55,721 bases of DNA from a virus (taxonomy: Duplodnaviria; Caudoviricetes), in IMG/VR virus record IMGVR_UViG_3300038958_000005, positions 1 through 55,721 of that record. One strand, given 5' to 3'. The notes below the pieces were generated by a model. It was not told the origin of the DNA and searched no databases. It worked only from the letters and a program-made list of their open reading frames with translations. Below, piece by piece: positions 28,101 to 37,806 of this stretch. The position numbers and the translations under genes were made by a program. Each line of letters starts with the position of its first letter. The stretch's first letter is position 1.

Positions 28101-30065
28101 TTCGGGCTCAGGCTCCTCTCTACCGTAAGGCTTACCCCTTCTCAGAAGCTCTTCCAGATCGTCAAGCTCCTTCGAAGTCATTCCTCCCGGCGTCTGCAAG
28201 CGATCGAATGCATTGGCTGCACGAACCGCTTCGTCCAGATCGTCAAAAACCATTAGCGCTTCGGGAAGACCGCTCGTTGGCCCATACTTTACGTGGAAGT
28301 AGCGCTTGTCTCCTAGTTCGTACTTATTATCGTCCAGTCGTTGCCAGACTTCGGTGATTCGGCCACGATAGATGAGCCTGCGTGGACGCTTGTCGAATGT
28401 ATCAGTAACCATCTCTGGAGAGACCGGTTTCGCCTCTTCCGGCAGGCGTACTTCTTCTGGCGGCCTTACTTCTTCTGGCGGACGTGCTTCGACTGGCTCC
28501 CGGATTTTCTCTCGTGCCGCAGGAGGCGCTGCTGGAGGAGGCGCAGGAGCAGCCGCTTCCCCTTCGGGCACGAGTTCTACCCTGGGACCTTTACGTTGCC
28601 GGGCAAGCTCGATAGCCTCTTCCCTGGTAATCGGATTGCCGCGATCATCGAAGAATCGGGCTTCCGGACGGCGGGCGAAGAGCCTGGCTCCACCTTCGGT
28701 ATTGAGATCGGCAGTGATCACCGCATCAGGATTCTCGGAATGAACCCTCTCGATGACGGCATCGAGGAGTGCGCTACCTCGTCCCTCTCGCTCCCTGACT
28801 ACGGTGATGTCCATGACGTGTGCGCCTTCGGGAGTCATTCGGACATCGGCACGGTCACCTTCGGGAAGCATGAACCTGCGGATGCCACGTTCGGCTGCGG
28901 ACGGTGGCATAGGCTCTTCGAAGACCTTGAGCTTCAGGGACTCGACCGGATCGAGTCTGATTCCACGGTACTGATTGATCTCATCGATCGCTTTCGCCAG
29001 TTCTCTCCTGCTCTTCCATCCTCTCACGCTCCGTCCGACGATGTGACCACCGACCGGGCCGACGATGTTGAGCGAAGCCATACCCGATCCGAGCAGGAAC
29101 GTCTTCGTATCGATTGCCCCCTGACGATATGCCGAATAGAGATTCTTGATGTCATCGGATGCGCTTAGGGCGAATGCGATATCAGCGGAAGTGAGAATCC
29201 TGGCAGCTGTGGCCGGTCCGGCGATTTCCGGTACCAGGGCAGCGAGAACGATATATGGAGCGATCTGCCCGGCGACATCCAGTGCGGTGATGACCTTCTT
29301 CGATACTGCATCCGGCAATGTCTTGTTGAGGATCGGGTCGATCGTACGATCGGTCACGTAGTCAACAGCCCTACCCGGAGCGGAAGCAACCGGAATGAAT
29401 CCGTATTGATTCAGCGCGCTGAGCGCGGTTTCCAGGTTCAACGGCTGGCCGGTCTTCAGCTGGAACTCGCGACCGAATTCCTTCTTGAATACCGTCGCGG
29501 CCAGAGGAACACTCTCGATAGCAGTACCGACGCGTTCGGCTCCAGGCACAGGTACGCGCTGGATCACCCGGCCAGTCGTCTCGATTCCTGTCTCGATCGT
29601 CTTTCCGATTGGGGATAGTGCGATCTCCGCGATATCTCCCAGCTTCGAGAAGAATCCACCGGCGGCGCGATCAAGAACTGGAGGCGGAAGCTGTTCGAAC
29701 TGCGGGTGCGTTGCAGGCGGTTGCACCGGCGATGGCGCGACGGGAGCAGGCTGAGTTGGCGCAGCGGGAATCATCGTGCCTTCCGGTATCGCTCCCGTAT
29801 CGGTCATGCCGAGTTCTGGCAGACCGGTCTCTACCGGGGCCGCCACCGCTGCGACACGATTCTGTAGTTCCTGTTGCTGCGCTTTTCTTATCGCTTCGTA
29901 TTGAGCGATCTGCTCAGCCGCGGAACGAAAGAATTCCGGCACGCGCTGATTGAAGACAATACGATCCAGTTCATCCAGATAGGCATCTGGAGGAGCGGGC
30001 GGCTGAGGAGGCCTCGCCGAAAGATCATATACAAACTTCAGAGGAAGAGTAGGGATATCAGCCAT
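25140..30065 (-). CDS. large polyvalent internal protein (GNAT-like, duplicated module, HhH-glycosylase-like domains)
   Basis: REGRGSALL..N.EGGARLF GNAT-like motif; two TFD.RPRR..Y.G..E.WQR.DD repeats; KWYD..GPK..F..IDRW..QAAVW. Confidence 0.7.
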   Translation of the reverse strand: MADIPTLPLKFVYDLSARPPQPPAPPDAYLDELDRIVFNQRVPEFFRSAAEQIAQYEAIRKAQQQELQNRVAAVAAPVETGLPELGMTDTGAIPEGTMIPAAPTQPAPVAPSPVQPPATHPQFEQLPPPVLDRAAGGFFSKLGDIAEIALSPIGKTIETGIETTGRVIQRVPVPGAERVGTAIESVPLAATVFKKEFGREFQLKTGQPLNLETALSALNQYGFIPVASAPGRAVDYVTDRTIDPILNKTLPDAVSKKVITALDVAGQIAPYIVLAALVPEIAGPATAARILTSADIAFALSASDDIKNLYSAYRQGAIDTKTFLLGSGMASLNIVGPVGGHIVGRSVRGWKSRRELAKAIDEINQYRGIRLDPVESLKLKVFEEPMPPSAAERGIRRFMLPEGDRADVRMTPEGAHVMDITVVREREGRGSALLDAVIERVHSENPDAVITADLNTEGGARLFARRPEARFFDDRGNPITREEAIELARQRKGPRVELVPEGEAAAPAPPPAAPPAAREKIREPVEARPPEEVRPPEEVRLPEEAKPVSPEMVTDTFDKRPRRLIYRGRITEVWQRLDDNKYELGDKRYFHVKYGPTSGLPEALMVFDDLDEAVRAANAFDRLQTPGGMTSKELDDLEELLRRGKPYGREEPEPEIVREAGEIAGRAFRQEVPPEFDEAIPKTRRKTVGPVVRETFDGRPRRMVYEGKTGVEIWQRVDDGKFEVIDFNYFSLEDGVDPKAPHQAIYGGFDTYNEAKLFRNALNKRLKEIDLEARGELPEELEGLSDEALRRIFRAVTERKEPKVPETPIVKEAKKIASEAEEKLKEREEFRATLRYGQRPYREALEVARAAQEFQPLISRTRREGGASYLPRKHAFVEADSGYIVGGYAPTKSVRLSDLDAQELLDYIRKNADAFLDNEDLILGTEVVVRDGEKWVNIDASRRFDSLEEAIAEAQKHGEQRIWDLGKSESIEVPGVAQREIPVTKLPFDESRNRLIEDGEERYVDYVAAGNVGRRLLRSAAGIIRKINDRVKALGRKIHKDELGAMKLGKRPQDLTDEDIIMAGAARRWLFPEETWEEWARALSKKVGDTEYWLSRKKEVLDLLEKQVSGIGTGKQLIATTKGIEIGPEVAPSRYERLISLAEEGMRLKERGSVKDVSKWYDKTWSYLVNEFGKEDAEMLLRFLAVTQMDASPATGVPMALRAFTRWKLGEPIPGGLATRTIAEQMEAAIMGLEPSGPKISPFFEALRYIHRERGRNAIAIDRWGIGAAGIKESLWKKWQNNPRKIAFLQHVFREAAEEAGLPPAKFQAAVWGGFRKEVDNLLKAAGEKPQGTTAETFEEILERTFRKYKIRTKGKVKGADLFADDPVLAEVESWQLDHARKLLNARPGETPQQAMQRLNDAAMLQFNAKMAAAQLLDTGELPSYLRSPGVIREVRRMADEALESFRARISNADEETLKSIKRVPEWQKREIQRELEMRQRGEKIVEKSWEKLPRSEQARLESLGWQRIPDNPVEIARVEARLEQLKKVRSPEQLKAWLRRNKDIAGPDIQAWVGKKIPTERVYERGGRLQRATRTSPYWEATPFFEARRKLNVERIKHEILSRYPKRELAGVERPVANTISPKNRSVLGECGSRIVTNIF

Positions 30066-30071
30066 TGGCCA

Positions 30072-30521
30072 TTACCCTGTCTTTCTCTTCCGGCCCTTTG
30101 CTGCGAGTTCCTGGAATCGCTTCTTACCGTACTTCTTCCTACCGATGTACGCGGCGAGCGCGGCCGGGTCGGTGACTCCCTTACGTCCGGCAAGTTTGGC
30201 CTTCAGCTGAGCGAATCGCTCGCCGGTACCGAGAGGCGGCTTCTTTTCCATCACCTTGCCGCCTTTCTTCAGCTGCCTGACCGGCACTCTCCGGCCATCG
30301 ACGAACACATCCGTGATCGGCCTGGGCGTGTACGTGTCATCCAGCATCATCCGTCCACCATGAGCCATCGCGCCCGGAGTAGCTGCCGGCCGATAGTTGG
30401 CGTACAGCGCTCGCAATTGTCGTTCCGCCTTGTCCCGGCTCTTGTGCTTACCTACGACTTCGCCGGTTGTCTGAGACACAACCAGGTATTCGCTATCTCG
30501 TTTTCTGATATCCCAGGGCAT
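30072..30521 (-). CDS. small basic phage protein
   Basis: MPW...GKHKSRDKAERQLRAL N-terminus and AALAAYIGRKKYG C-terminus. Confidence 0.7.
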   Translation of the reverse strand: MPWDIRKRDSEYLVVSQTTGEVVGKHKSRDKAERQLRALYANYRPAATPGAMAHGGRMMLDDTYTPRPITDVFVDGRRVPVRQLKKGGKVMEKKPPLGTGERFAQLKAKLAGRKGVTDPAALAAYIGRKKYGKKRFQELAAKGRKRKTG

Positions 30522-30532
30522 AATTCTTCCTC

Positions 30533-32233
30533 CTATGAAAGGCTATCTGGTCTGAACTGGCGGATATAGTGTAACAGGTCTTCCGGAGACGAGATGATTC
30601 CAGTCTGCATGAGCAGTGATGTCAAGGCGCTTCTCTCGAACGGCGACATGGTCGACCACTGCTGCGAGGTAGGCAATGTTCCCGGCACTCGCCCTTCGTT
30701 CAGCGCTCTCGCCGCTTCCCTCATCGTTTGATTACCGGATAGGACGCCACCCAACAGACGGGCATAGCGTTCCTGGTATGTGGAACCCGGTGCCTGCTGC
30801 ACCATGCGCATCAGGTCTTCGATCGACTTCGGTCGGGAAGCAGCGCCATATACCTGCCCTATAGGCAGTGGCTCAGCAGGACCGCCCCATGTCGGAATCA
30901 TGTTCGTACCCGGAAGAGGTGACGTATCTACCTTGGAGCCGGGAACGTCCTTGGGGAAGAGGAACTTCGAGCCGGTAGCGGCATGCGGCATCCGGTTATT
31001 GAGCATGGAGGACATATGCACCTGCATTTTAGCGAGCATTCGCGCCCACTCTTCTCCAGGCCTTTTACCCGTATATGCTTCGTACCGATCCGGTTTCAGG
31101 GGAACGACTTCCACTCCCTTGCCGCGAATGTGTTCCGGCTGACCATCTTCGGTAATGACCGCCACCGGGTATCCGTTGTCATCGACGATCCAGTGTGGCC
31201 TTCCGGCGAGCGTCACGCCACCGCCTTTCTGGAATCTGCCCTGCCATGTGGGAGAAGGCATGAATGTCCAGTAGCCTACCCTGGGTCTGTTCCATGGTTG
31301 ATACCGGTTAATCAGATCGGAGACGAACGACGCGTAATCGATGTTCGAGACCGATGTCTGCTTCTTCGCCTGGATCAGGTCATTGAGCAGTTTCCTGAAT
31401 TCGGGCGTATCCGCTCCAATATTGAGCATCCTGGCTACTTGCTCAGCCTGCTTCGTCTTCTGCGGCAGCTTACCGTACTTCAACAGTTCAGAACGCAGTG
31501 CTTCTCTCGTCGTTTCGATCAGGTTGCCAAGTCTCCTGATTTGCGTCCAGTAATCGGCTTCACTGCCTCCGGCTTCTACCCACTTCCTGGCTCCCTGAGC
31601 GAGTTGCATCAGGCCAATTGGCGGTACGGTTTCGGTCGCCGGCGTCGTACGTTGCGCCGATACTGCCGGTGTCGGTGTAGGTGTCGGTATCGGTGTAGGT
31701 GTCGGTGTCGGTGTGGGCGTTGTCATAGGAACATATCCACCCTGTTGCAGTCCAAACTGCGATCGTTGCGGGTGCAGTTGTCCTGGATGGTAGGCTTCCC
31801 ATGCCTTGATCCATTCCTGAGCGACATTAGGGGCCTTGGCTGCATTCTCCGGACTGAGAGCAGGAGCTTTGTACGGATCGACGAACGGCACTTCCGATGT
31901 CTTGCGGCCAAGATTTCGAGTATAGTCCATCAGGGTATCGAGCAACGATTCGAACCTGCTCGTCATCTGAGAAGTGTCAAATCCTCTGCCCTGGGTAGCC
32001 TGAGCTACTCCCTGCGGGCTTCCGTATGCCGCTAGCGCGGCCAGGCCCAGAGGGCCAGATGTAGGACTGGTGAGGAATTGCGTCAGCGTGTCCAGAACGC
32101 CCTTCCCGGTCGTCGCCTGGGTTGCCTGAGACTGGGCAAGAAGTTGAGCCAGGAGATTCTGGTAATCGTACCAGCCGAGACCGAGCGGATATTCTATCGG
32201 ACCAAGATTGAGCCCTGAGACCTGTTCAGCCAT
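30533..32233 (-). CDS. internal virion protein with PT-repeat linker
   Basis: Gln/Gly-rich; TPTPTP tract at ~31667-31725. Confidence 0.6.
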   Translation of the reverse strand: MAEQVSGLNLGPIEYPLGLGWYDYQNLLAQLLAQSQATQATTGKGVLDTLTQFLTSPTSGPLGLAALAAYGSPQGVAQATQGRGFDTSQMTSRFESLLDTLMDYTRNLGRKTSEVPFVDPYKAPALSPENAAKAPNVAQEWIKAWEAYHPGQLHPQRSQFGLQQGGYVPMTTPTPTPTPTPIPTPTPTPAVSAQRTTPATETVPPIGLMQLAQGARKWVEAGGSEADYWTQIRRLGNLIETTREALRSELLKYGKLPQKTKQAEQVARMLNIGADTPEFRKLLNDLIQAKKQTSVSNIDYASFVSDLINRYQPWNRPRVGYWTFMPSPTWQGRFQKGGGVTLAGRPHWIVDDNGYPVAVITEDGQPEHIRGKGVEVVPLKPDRYEAYTGKRPGEEWARMLAKMQVHMSSMLNNRMPHAATGSKFLFPKDVPGSKVDTSPLPGTNMIPTWGGPAEPLPIGQVYGAASRPKSIEDLMRMVQQAPGSTYQERYARLLGGVLSGNQTMREAARALNEGRVPGTLPTSQQWSTMSPFERSALTSLLMQTGIISSPEDLLHYIRQFRPDSLS

Positions 32234-32797
32234 TTAACCTAACCCTCCGGCCCTACGCACATCACCGATCATCTGCATGACTTCAGGAGGAATCTGCCCC
32301 GGCTGCATGAGCACTTCCGGACTGATCGTCCTGGTCTGCATAGGAGGAACATGATACTCTTCGAGACCGAGACTGGCAGCAAGCTGATGTGCCAGTCCAC
32401 CGGGTTCGTATCCTGGAGCATACTGAGTTCCGGGCGGAACGGCGTACTTCGCCAGGTTCATGAACGTTTCGATTGCCGCCGCTTTCCTCGCATCGGCCAG
32501 TGACTGTGCCTGGAGGAATGACGATAGTGCCGCCTGCGCGGCATCCAGAGCGTCGTTACGTCCTGTACCGCCTCCTTCTGCTCCTACCGGAGTCGCGCGG
32601 GCAGGTCCGATCAGTACCCATCCTGGAGGATTGAGGGGGTCGTTCGGGTCTCCAGGATTCCACATGAACGTGTAGTTGCCGACGACCTTCAGCTGCGGCC
32701 CTTCGGTAGTGTCAGGAGTGGGGGGCGGCGGCTCTCGTTTCGGAATCGGGTCCAGGAACAGTCCGTATGCGGGGTTGACATCATTGTACTGATTCAT
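32234..32797 (-). CDS. hypothetical virion protein
   Basis: abuts next gene; Pro/Gly-rich. Confidence 0.6.
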   Translation of the reverse strand: MNQYNDVNPAYGLFLDPIPKREPPPPTPDTTEGPQLKVVGNYTFMWNPGDPNDPLNPPGWVLIGPARATPVGAEGGGTGRNDALDAAQAALSSFLQAQSLADARKAAAIETFMNLAKYAVPPGTQYAPGYEPGGLAHQLAASLGLEEYHVPPMQTRTISPEVLMQPGQIPPEVMQMIGDVRRAGGLG

Positions 32798-32828
32798 GTG
32801 CGCACACCTGATAAACTGATCACTCTCA

Positions 32829-33158
32829 TTATCCTAACTTCAATGCCTGCATCCGGGCAAGCAGTTCGGCTTTCTGCTGCAAACTGGTGAGAGAATTGAA
32901 CAGAGCGACGAACTCCTCAGGAGTCATTCGCTTGAGCATTTCATCAGTTACAGGATACTCGAATGGCGGATATCCTGCACTGAGAAGACCATAATCGATG
33001 AGACGTGTGAGCAATTCTTCCACACGCCTGGTCACGTTGAGCACCCTGCGGTTGACCCAGTCGGCATTGAGAAACGAAAGGCGCTCGGAAGCGCCTCCTC
33101 CTCCCCCGTACGAAACACCTTCGATCGGTATCGCGCCTTCAGTGGAACTGAACGGCAT
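32829..33158 (-). CDS. hypothetical protein
   Basis: GGAGG SD; follows portal. Confidence 0.6.
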   Translation of the reverse strand: MPFSSTEGAIPIEGVSYGGGGGASERLSFLNADWVNRRVLNVTRRVEELLTRLIDYGLLSAGYPPFEYPVTDEMLKRMTPEEFVALFNSLTSLQQKAELLARMQALKLG

Positions 33159-33169
33159 GGATACACCTC

Positions 33170-35296
33170 CTAGATTTCCACATTGGTTTCCAGTTCACCA
33201 GAACCCTCATGAACTCGTGGACCGTAGGTATCCACGGTAGGACCGGCCGGACTCATTCCCACTCCAGGCATCCGTCCTAGAGACGCGATCGGCGTGCTGG
33301 CTGACGCTCCTGGCATTCCGCCGCCACTCTCATTTCCGCCCTGTCCGGGAATAGGAGTGAGTCCAGGAGAAGGAAGCGCGCCGAGTTTGGCCAGGGCCCT
33401 GTCGGCGATCATGCGCACAATGACAGGAATCGCCTGCTGCATCACGGCAACCAGCGTCTGGCCTTCGAAGATTCTCGCGATCTCATCTCCCACGTTCTCG
33501 ACATCGCTTTGCTCCATGAGCGTTTCGAACGAGAGCGTTCCAGCCTTGAACCGTTGTTCGAGTGCTGCCCACTTCGCGAACTTGGTGACCGGAGTCTCCG
33601 AACCGATCGTCACGACCAGGTTGAAGTCCATATCGCACATATCGGGCGTCAGCGCGCGTACCGGTTGCACCTTGCTGACCTTGTTCATCATGATGAGGTG
33701 CTGATCCGGTATCTCCTTGATGTACACCGGTTGCCCGAACTTCTTTACAGCGTAGAGACAACTGAGCAATACTTCGGCGATAGCGGACGCTCTGGCATTC
33801 TGATAGGGAACCAGCTGCGTGTCGGCCTGGGATACCTGGATCGCGAGCTTATGTCCGCTGTCGGAACTCTGCGCATCGCCGGCCAGGACCTCATTGAACC
33901 GGTACGACGCCATCATCTGGTTGAGGAACAGTTCCGCTTTGTCCAGGTCGATGTTAACTGTTTCCTCACGCCTGACCTCTCCCGGTATGACCGGGACCGG
34001 CGTTCCGTCCTTCACTTCGGGAGTCTTCTCCGATTGCTGCTGGGATAGAGCAGGAGGTGGAGAGACATCCTCCGACTTGATGTATTTGCCCGCCAGAGCC
34101 TTATCCACGGCGGCGCTGGTTCTGATCGTCGTGAGGATATTGAGATGCTGGGCAACGGACAGCGTTCCCAGTACCGGAGGTTGGAACTCTTCCGCCGGAT
34201 CGGGGCTTCCTGTCGCATCAGCGGGAACCGGGATATATCCTGTGCTGTATGGACCGAACGGGTTCTCGAATTTGATGCACACGTAATCGTCTTCTTCCTT
34301 CTCTTCCCGTCTGATCCGTCTCGATTTCATGAGCGTTGGATGCCGGATCAGGATGACGATTTCCTTGCGCGTGCGAATTTCGATGTAGTCACACAAATCA
34401 GAGTATTCGCCGGAAAAGACCTTCTGTTCCGAAATCGTCGGACTGGATACGGCATCCGATTCGGTAGACAGCATGACGAAACGGTTATTGATGAATTTCA
34501 GCCCATGATCCCCGAAGGCTTCGAGCAGGGCGTTGATCTGACGCTTACCCTTTTCGATCACGATATCCAGCGCGTCTCCGTCCCATCGGTAATAGATCGT
34601 CCTGGGATCGGGCGCTGAAAGCCTGAATGGCGGATCGGTACGACGGAGATACTTGTCCGTTACCTCCTTGTACGCCCTGGCATCGATATCGATCTCGTCC
34701 GGGAACTGCTCGGACAAGCGATTCCTGACGGAGATGAATTCCATGCGAGCGGAAACGTACCGGTCACGCTCGTCCTCCGGGAATTCCTGTATCAACGGTT
34801 CGAACTCTTCGTCGGAAATGAGAAGATAGTCGAGATTGAACGGAGCCAGGACATCATCGGCGTAGGACGGGATGAAGTCGAGCTTGAACCAACCGAGTCC
34901 GTCTCCCTGCTGGAATTCGGTCGCCAGTTGTTCGGCCGGTACCTTGCCACGGTTCATCCACTTCCACAGCGCTTTGAGACCGTCTTCGATATCCTGTGCG
35001 CGACGCTTCGATTCTTCGTCGGCATCGTAGACGATCACTTCGATCCTCGGCTTGTTCGCAATGAGGCGCTTCACCCGGCGGTGTACTTCCTGATTGACTT
35101 CTTCCGTCTGGAAGACGAGTAACGCCTGATTGGTTCCTGCCCGGTTGGACAGAGGGAGCGAACGAAGCTCGGCGTCCATCTTCCGGAAACGGATTTTTCT
35201 CCGGTTATCGTAGATCGTATCCCGGTTATCGAACGGTTTGGAGACGGCCTTTACTAGCTTGAGCAGATCGGATACCGTAGCTTCGCGAAGATTCAT
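33170..35296 (-). CDS. portal protein
   Basis: directly after TerL; G.GWFKL, DPRTIYY and low-complexity C-tail typical of podovirus portals. Confidence 0.8.
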   Translation of the reverse strand: MNLREATVSDLLKLVKAVSKPFDNRDTIYDNRRKIRFRKMDAELRSLPLSNRAGTNQALLVFQTEEVNQEVHRRVKRLIANKPRIEVIVYDADEESKRRAQDIEDGLKALWKWMNRGKVPAEQLATEFQQGDGLGWFKLDFIPSYADDVLAPFNLDYLLISDEEFEPLIQEFPEDERDRYVSARMEFISVRNRLSEQFPDEIDIDARAYKEVTDKYLRRTDPPFRLSAPDPRTIYYRWDGDALDIVIEKGKRQINALLEAFGDHGLKFINNRFVMLSTESDAVSSPTISEQKVFSGEYSDLCDYIEIRTRKEIVILIRHPTLMKSRRIRREEKEEDDYVCIKFENPFGPYSTGYIPVPADATGSPDPAEEFQPPVLGTLSVAQHLNILTTIRTSAAVDKALAGKYIKSEDVSPPPALSQQQSEKTPEVKDGTPVPVIPGEVRREETVNIDLDKAELFLNQMMASYRFNEVLAGDAQSSDSGHKLAIQVSQADTQLVPYQNARASAIAEVLLSCLYAVKKFGQPVYIKEIPDQHLIMMNKVSKVQPVRALTPDMCDMDFNLVVTIGSETPVTKFAKWAALEQRFKAGTLSFETLMEQSDVENVGDEIARIFEGQTLVAVMQQAIPVIVRMIADRALAKLGALPSPGLTPIPGQGGNESGGGMPGASASTPIASLGRMPGVGMSPAGPTVDTYGPRVHEGSGELETNVEI

Positions 35297-35308
35297 ACTC
35301 TTTACCCC

Positions 35309-36745
35309 TTACGCGCTCACCGCGATGATTCCCTGCGGAGTATCGATATACCTGACTCTGGATAGCTTCGGATCGTTCCGAAGACCGAACAGGTATCGGA
35401 GACCGTATCGCAGAGCGTCGTAGCAGTGATCCTCTCCAGATGTATCTACGTCCTCTACGTTCTGCGTGGAGTGAACGAGCGCAGGGAGCGTGCGGATGGT
35501 GTTCTGGCAGGACCGCATGATGCGAAGTCTCGGAGGGACGTGTACATGAATCGTCCCATCAGGGTCCTCGATTCCCTGCCAGTCCAGACACTCACGCACG
35601 ATACTCGCTCCCTGTATTCGCTCATTATTCCCCTTGATTATATCGGCTATGCCCGCAAATTCGTCCTTCCACACATCAGCGGCGGAAAGCAGGTATTCGC
35701 CCTCTGCATCGCGCTCTCGTGACCACATGGCAGGATCAGTGATGATCGCCTGGATTTTCTCTCCGGATGCCTTCACGGCCTGAGCCGCGCGCCTTGCCTG
35801 TTCTCTGGTAGGTACCTGCACTCCGTACTGTTCTCGATAAATCCATACGAAATTCGTACCTGGAGGACGGGCGGCCCACAGTGCGGCATATGGAGCGGCA
35901 AGACCCCAGTCCACGAAGATGTAGCGTTCCCAGTCCTGAGGCGGTGAGAAATCATCGACGACGTGAACCTGATCCCGCCAGCGGGAGAAGAACTGTCCTG
36001 AGAAGACTTCCCAGTCTCCGTACAGCTTGGCCCGTTTCTCCTCTTCGGGCAGTCCTTGCAGCAATGCGACGTATCCTGGGTCTCGCTTCATGAGCGTCGG
36101 GTTATCGGTCACGCGAGCCGGTATGAACTGACGTACCAGCCCGCCTTCCTCTAGGGGAGCGCGCTTCTTCTCGTAAGGTTTGGCGAAGTCGATCCATCTC
36201 CGCTTGACCCATAGATGTCCGATATTTCCTGGATTCGTCGCCGAACAAATCTTCCTGCCCGGCCACCATGGTTTGGTAGACCGGCATCTGGTCGTGAGAT
36301 AGACGTACTGGAATTCGCTGAAGGCGGTAAGCTCATCGAACAGCATCAGGTCTGCCTCGAACGTGTCGTAACTGCGAACATCGGTTTCCTTTTCGCAGAA
36401 TCGACACATGAGGATTGATCCGTTCGTGAAGACGAAGTCATGAGTCGTAGCTTTGTACGTCGCCAGGTACGACGGAAGCTCGCTCTGTAGCCTAAGGATG
36501 TGCGTATCTTCCAATTCCCTGAAGGTGCGGCGGAAAAGGACGACAGTCGCGCCAGGATATTGCAGGCAGTAGGATACGGCAAGCGCCCGAAGTGCATAAC
36601 TCTTTCCACCTCCTGCCGCGCCACCATACAACACTTCTTCCGCGTCCGTCAGCATGAATTCTGTTTGCGGACCGGAATGAACCGGATAGAGCAGTTTTCT
36701 CTGTGACGAAGGCGGAAGGCCTTGAGGTCTTACTCTTCTGCCCAA
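35309..36745 (-). CDS. terL: terminase large subunit
   Basis: YGGAAGGGKS Walker A, LFDEL Walker B, ATNPG, VDWG and DHCYDALRY nuclease motifs. Confidence 0.95.
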   Translation of the reverse strand: MGRRVRPQGLPPSSQRKLLYPVHSGPQTEFMLTDAEEVLYGGAAGGGKSYALRALAVSYCLQYPGATVVLFRRTFRELEDTHILRLQSELPSYLATYKATTHDFVFTNGSILMCRFCEKETDVRSYDTFEADLMLFDELTAFSEFQYVYLTTRCRSTKPWWPGRKICSATNPGNIGHLWVKRRWIDFAKPYEKKRAPLEEGGLVRQFIPARVTDNPTLMKRDPGYVALLQGLPEEEKRAKLYGDWEVFSGQFFSRWRDQVHVVDDFSPPQDWERYIFVDWGLAAPYAALWAARPPGTNFVWIYREQYGVQVPTREQARRAAQAVKASGEKIQAIITDPAMWSRERDAEGEYLLSAADVWKDEFAGIADIIKGNNERIQGASIVRECLDWQGIEDPDGTIHVHVPPRLRIMRSCQNTIRTLPALVHSTQNVEDVDTSGEDHCYDALRYGLRYLFGLRNDPKLSRVRYIDTPQGIIAVSA

Positions 36746-37137
36746 GATTCCTCACTCACTTCCCGCACACTCGGTGCCTTGAGCCGCGGACGTTCGTTCT
36801 CCTCCAGTAGTCCCTCCGATACTGCATTGGCTGTGGGCATCCAGGGGATGATTTCTACCGGATTTCCGTCTCGTCCCGTAAGCTCGATGCGTTGCGGCGT
36901 TTTCCCGATCACGTTCTCAATGAGGAATTGTAACGCCTGCCGGTCAGGCGGTTGCCGGTAGACTCTGGCTACCATCTCCCCGGATTCCTTATCGAGACGC
37001 ACTTCCTGTACCAGCACGCCTTCGGCGAGATCGAACATTCGTTGAATCAGAATGGGAAGCCGTTTCCTGATTTCTTCCTCGACCTCAGGAATTCCCATCA
37101 ACTCTTTCATCTCTCTACGGCTCAGGCTCTTTCCCAT
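36730..37137 (-). CDS. terS: terminase small subunit
   Basis: upstream of and overlapping TerL; PPDRQA..F..E, IELTGRDGNP. Confidence 0.7.
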   Translation of the reverse strand: MGKSLSRREMKELMGIPEVEEEIRKRLPILIQRMFDLAEGVLVQEVRLDKESGEMVARVYRQPPDRQALQFLIENVIGKTPQRIELTGRDGNPVEIIPWMPTANAVSEGLLEENERPRLKAPSVREVSEESWAEE

Positions 37138-37368
37138 ACACGATGCCTCCTATATGCTGTCCTCTATCTAGTGTATAACAGTCTTCAGGCGGCCCGCCTT
37201 CGTTCCGGTCAGCGAGGCCGCCTGTTCGTTGTGGAGGCTGGATGGCGGGAGGCAGCACCGAAATCCAGCACATGCAGGGGGTGACGCTTCATCCTATCAT
37301 TTGTTCAATCGCATATGCTAATGACTTATACATGGTTATGACCACAATTTCTGGTCAAAAGTGCTGCC

Positions 37369-37806
37369 TCATGACAGATATTTCCGTACGTATCCGACGA
37401 GTTCGTCGATATCCCTGGCGACCCTGGTTGCCAGTCCATACATCACGTCCCAGCGTTCAGGTTGTTCGTGGAACAGAACGAACGTGTTCTTGCCCTGACC
37501 GATGAGATATCCGAGTTCGATGTGCGCCGACCTTCCGGCAGGAAGCACCAGGATGCCGGCGGCGGAATCGTCGAGATGTTTTCGATCGAAGAGGAGAATG
37601 TTCCTGGGATGTGGCGCATACAGTGCATCCCAGTACTCCCTGCCGCGTTCTTCCTCGTATCGCTGCCAGCAATCGTCCGCTTCCGGTCCTGCGCCGAACC
37701 AGTCATCGAACGCGTTGAATCCTTCCGCTCGTATTCTCCGAGCGACCTCGGTCACTCTTGGATTTCGCAGCGATCCAATGATATAGATTTTCTTCGGATC
37801 AGGCAT
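37369..37806 (-). CDS. nucleoside 2-deoxyribosyltransferase-like protein
   Basis: IYIIGS, D..HLD.S, GRSAHIELGY motifs. Confidence 0.75.
   Translation of the reverse strand: MPDPKKIYIIGSLRNPRVTEVARRIRAEGFNAFDDWFGAGPEADDCWQRYEEERGREYWDALYAPHPRNILLFDRKHLDDSAAGILVLPAGRSAHIELGYLIGQGKNTFVLFHEQPERWDVMYGLATRVARDIDELVGYVRKYLS

Noticed and set aside
31667-31725. GGTGTC/GGTGTA hexamer repeat as a regulatory element
   Set aside because: Explained by a Pro-Thr linker in the 566-aa protein.
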